Shown here: positions 62,618 to 63,485 of the stretch, one piece after another
Layout of the letters: every line of letters begins with the position of its first letter
Numbering within the stretch: position 1 is the stretch's first letter
Assembly (NCBI GenBank): GCA_034780895.1
Contig: JAUZTB010000107.1
Location: 33,268,758-33,332,242, forward strand
Source of the DNA: Rhynchobatus australiae
Taxonomy: Eukaryota
DNA length: 63,485 nucleotides
Reading direction: 5' to 3'
Notes under the pieces: model-generated
The model's database searches: none
Told to the model about the DNA's origin: nothing
What the model saw: only the letters and a program-made list of their open reading frames with translations
Translations under genes and position numbers: made by a program

Positions 62618-62930
62618 TAGAACATAGAACAATACAGCACAGGAACAGGGCCCTTTAGCCCACAATGTCTGTGCCAACTAGCATGACAAATTAAACTAAA
62701 CCTATCTGCCTGCAGATGATCCATATCCCTCCATTCCCTGCTTGTTTATCTGCCTGTCTCAATGCCCCTTAAGTGCCACCATCATGTCTCCTTCAACTAC
62801 CACCCCTGGCAGTGCATACCAGGCACCTCCCACTCTCTGTGTAAAAAACTTACCCCTCACAACACCTTTAAACTTTCCCCCTCACACTCTAAAGCTGTGT
62901 CCTCCAGTATTTGACATTTCTATCCAAGGA
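62618..62930 (-). mobile_element. CR1 3' end
   Basis: Reverse complement gives FKGVVRGKFFTQRVGGAWYALPGVVVE and tail ccctgttcctgtgctgtattgttctatgttcta. Confidence 0.9.
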
Positions 62931-63485
62931 CCAATGTTATAAATATAATTTGTAATGTATTTAAGCATTGTTTCTGTTGTTGAATTCCTATTGCTAAATT
63001 CTTACCTTTGCAAAAATGTTCTTTTTTTTTGTTGTAACCTCAAAGGCAACATACATTAAAATCGTAAATTCTGGGGTCAAATCTTGTGTCAAGTCAACAA
63101 CTTTATTGTTTTGAATTTTTACAGACACAGGCTTTAGATAAAAACAACTTCCCTCACACAATATACAGTGAATCACATGGCATGATTGATGACCAGTCTA
63201 AGTAGAGTTTGTTTATTCAGCTTTACTGTGTAGGGTTGCTGCAGCTTTGAGGTTTTTTTTCCCTGACTACGCATTCATTGTGCTTAAATGGAAAATAGAG
63301 AAATATTTCAAGATAATTCTTTTCTTCACTGACAATAACTACAACTATGCAAGGCATATGTTTGATACTTTGAGTAGAGCCAGACAAATTAAAATATAAT
63401 CTTGTAATTTTAGCATTTTCAAATTAACACTCTTCCCAAAAAATGCCCTAAAGTAAACTGATATGTGTATGCAAAGTAAAAGGTT

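Overview
This is AT-rich, CpG-depleted vertebrate non-coding DNA with several N gaps. I found no host protein-coding exon I can identify with confidence, so it is probably a long intron or intergenic region. The repeat complement (CR1, L2, RTE and Rex1 LINEs, V-SINEs, Deu-domain SINEs, Penelope remnants) points to a cartilaginous fish, probably a ray; that assignment is an inference. The ORFs I could recognise are decayed transposon fragments, and the rest look like chance or N-gap artefacts. Main elements: a 5'-truncated CR1 that retains its ORF1 SGNH-esterase, APE endonuclease and RT (about 31.9-35.3 kb); about 15 other CR1 fragments; a decayed two-gene PIF/Harbinger transposon (Myb/SANT gene on +, DDE transposase on -, about 7.4-8.9 kb); and Penelope-like (PLE) RT and GIY-YIG remnants. 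The most interesting signal is a family of very short PLE-derived fold-back inserts. They carry decayed minimal hammerhead-ribozyme motifs, and two have clear 9-13 bp target-site duplications (TSDs). One ends at the predicted hammerhead cleavage position, and another encloses a 189-bp copy of DNA from 1.5 kb upstream. Also noted: a 69-bp TA-flanked Tc1/mariner-type hairpin, V-SINEs with two different LINE tails, a perfect 17-bp fold-back with a repair-type scar, and an RFX X-box flanked by CCAAT boxes. All alignments and counts were done by eye, and family names come from remembered consensus motifs, not database searches.
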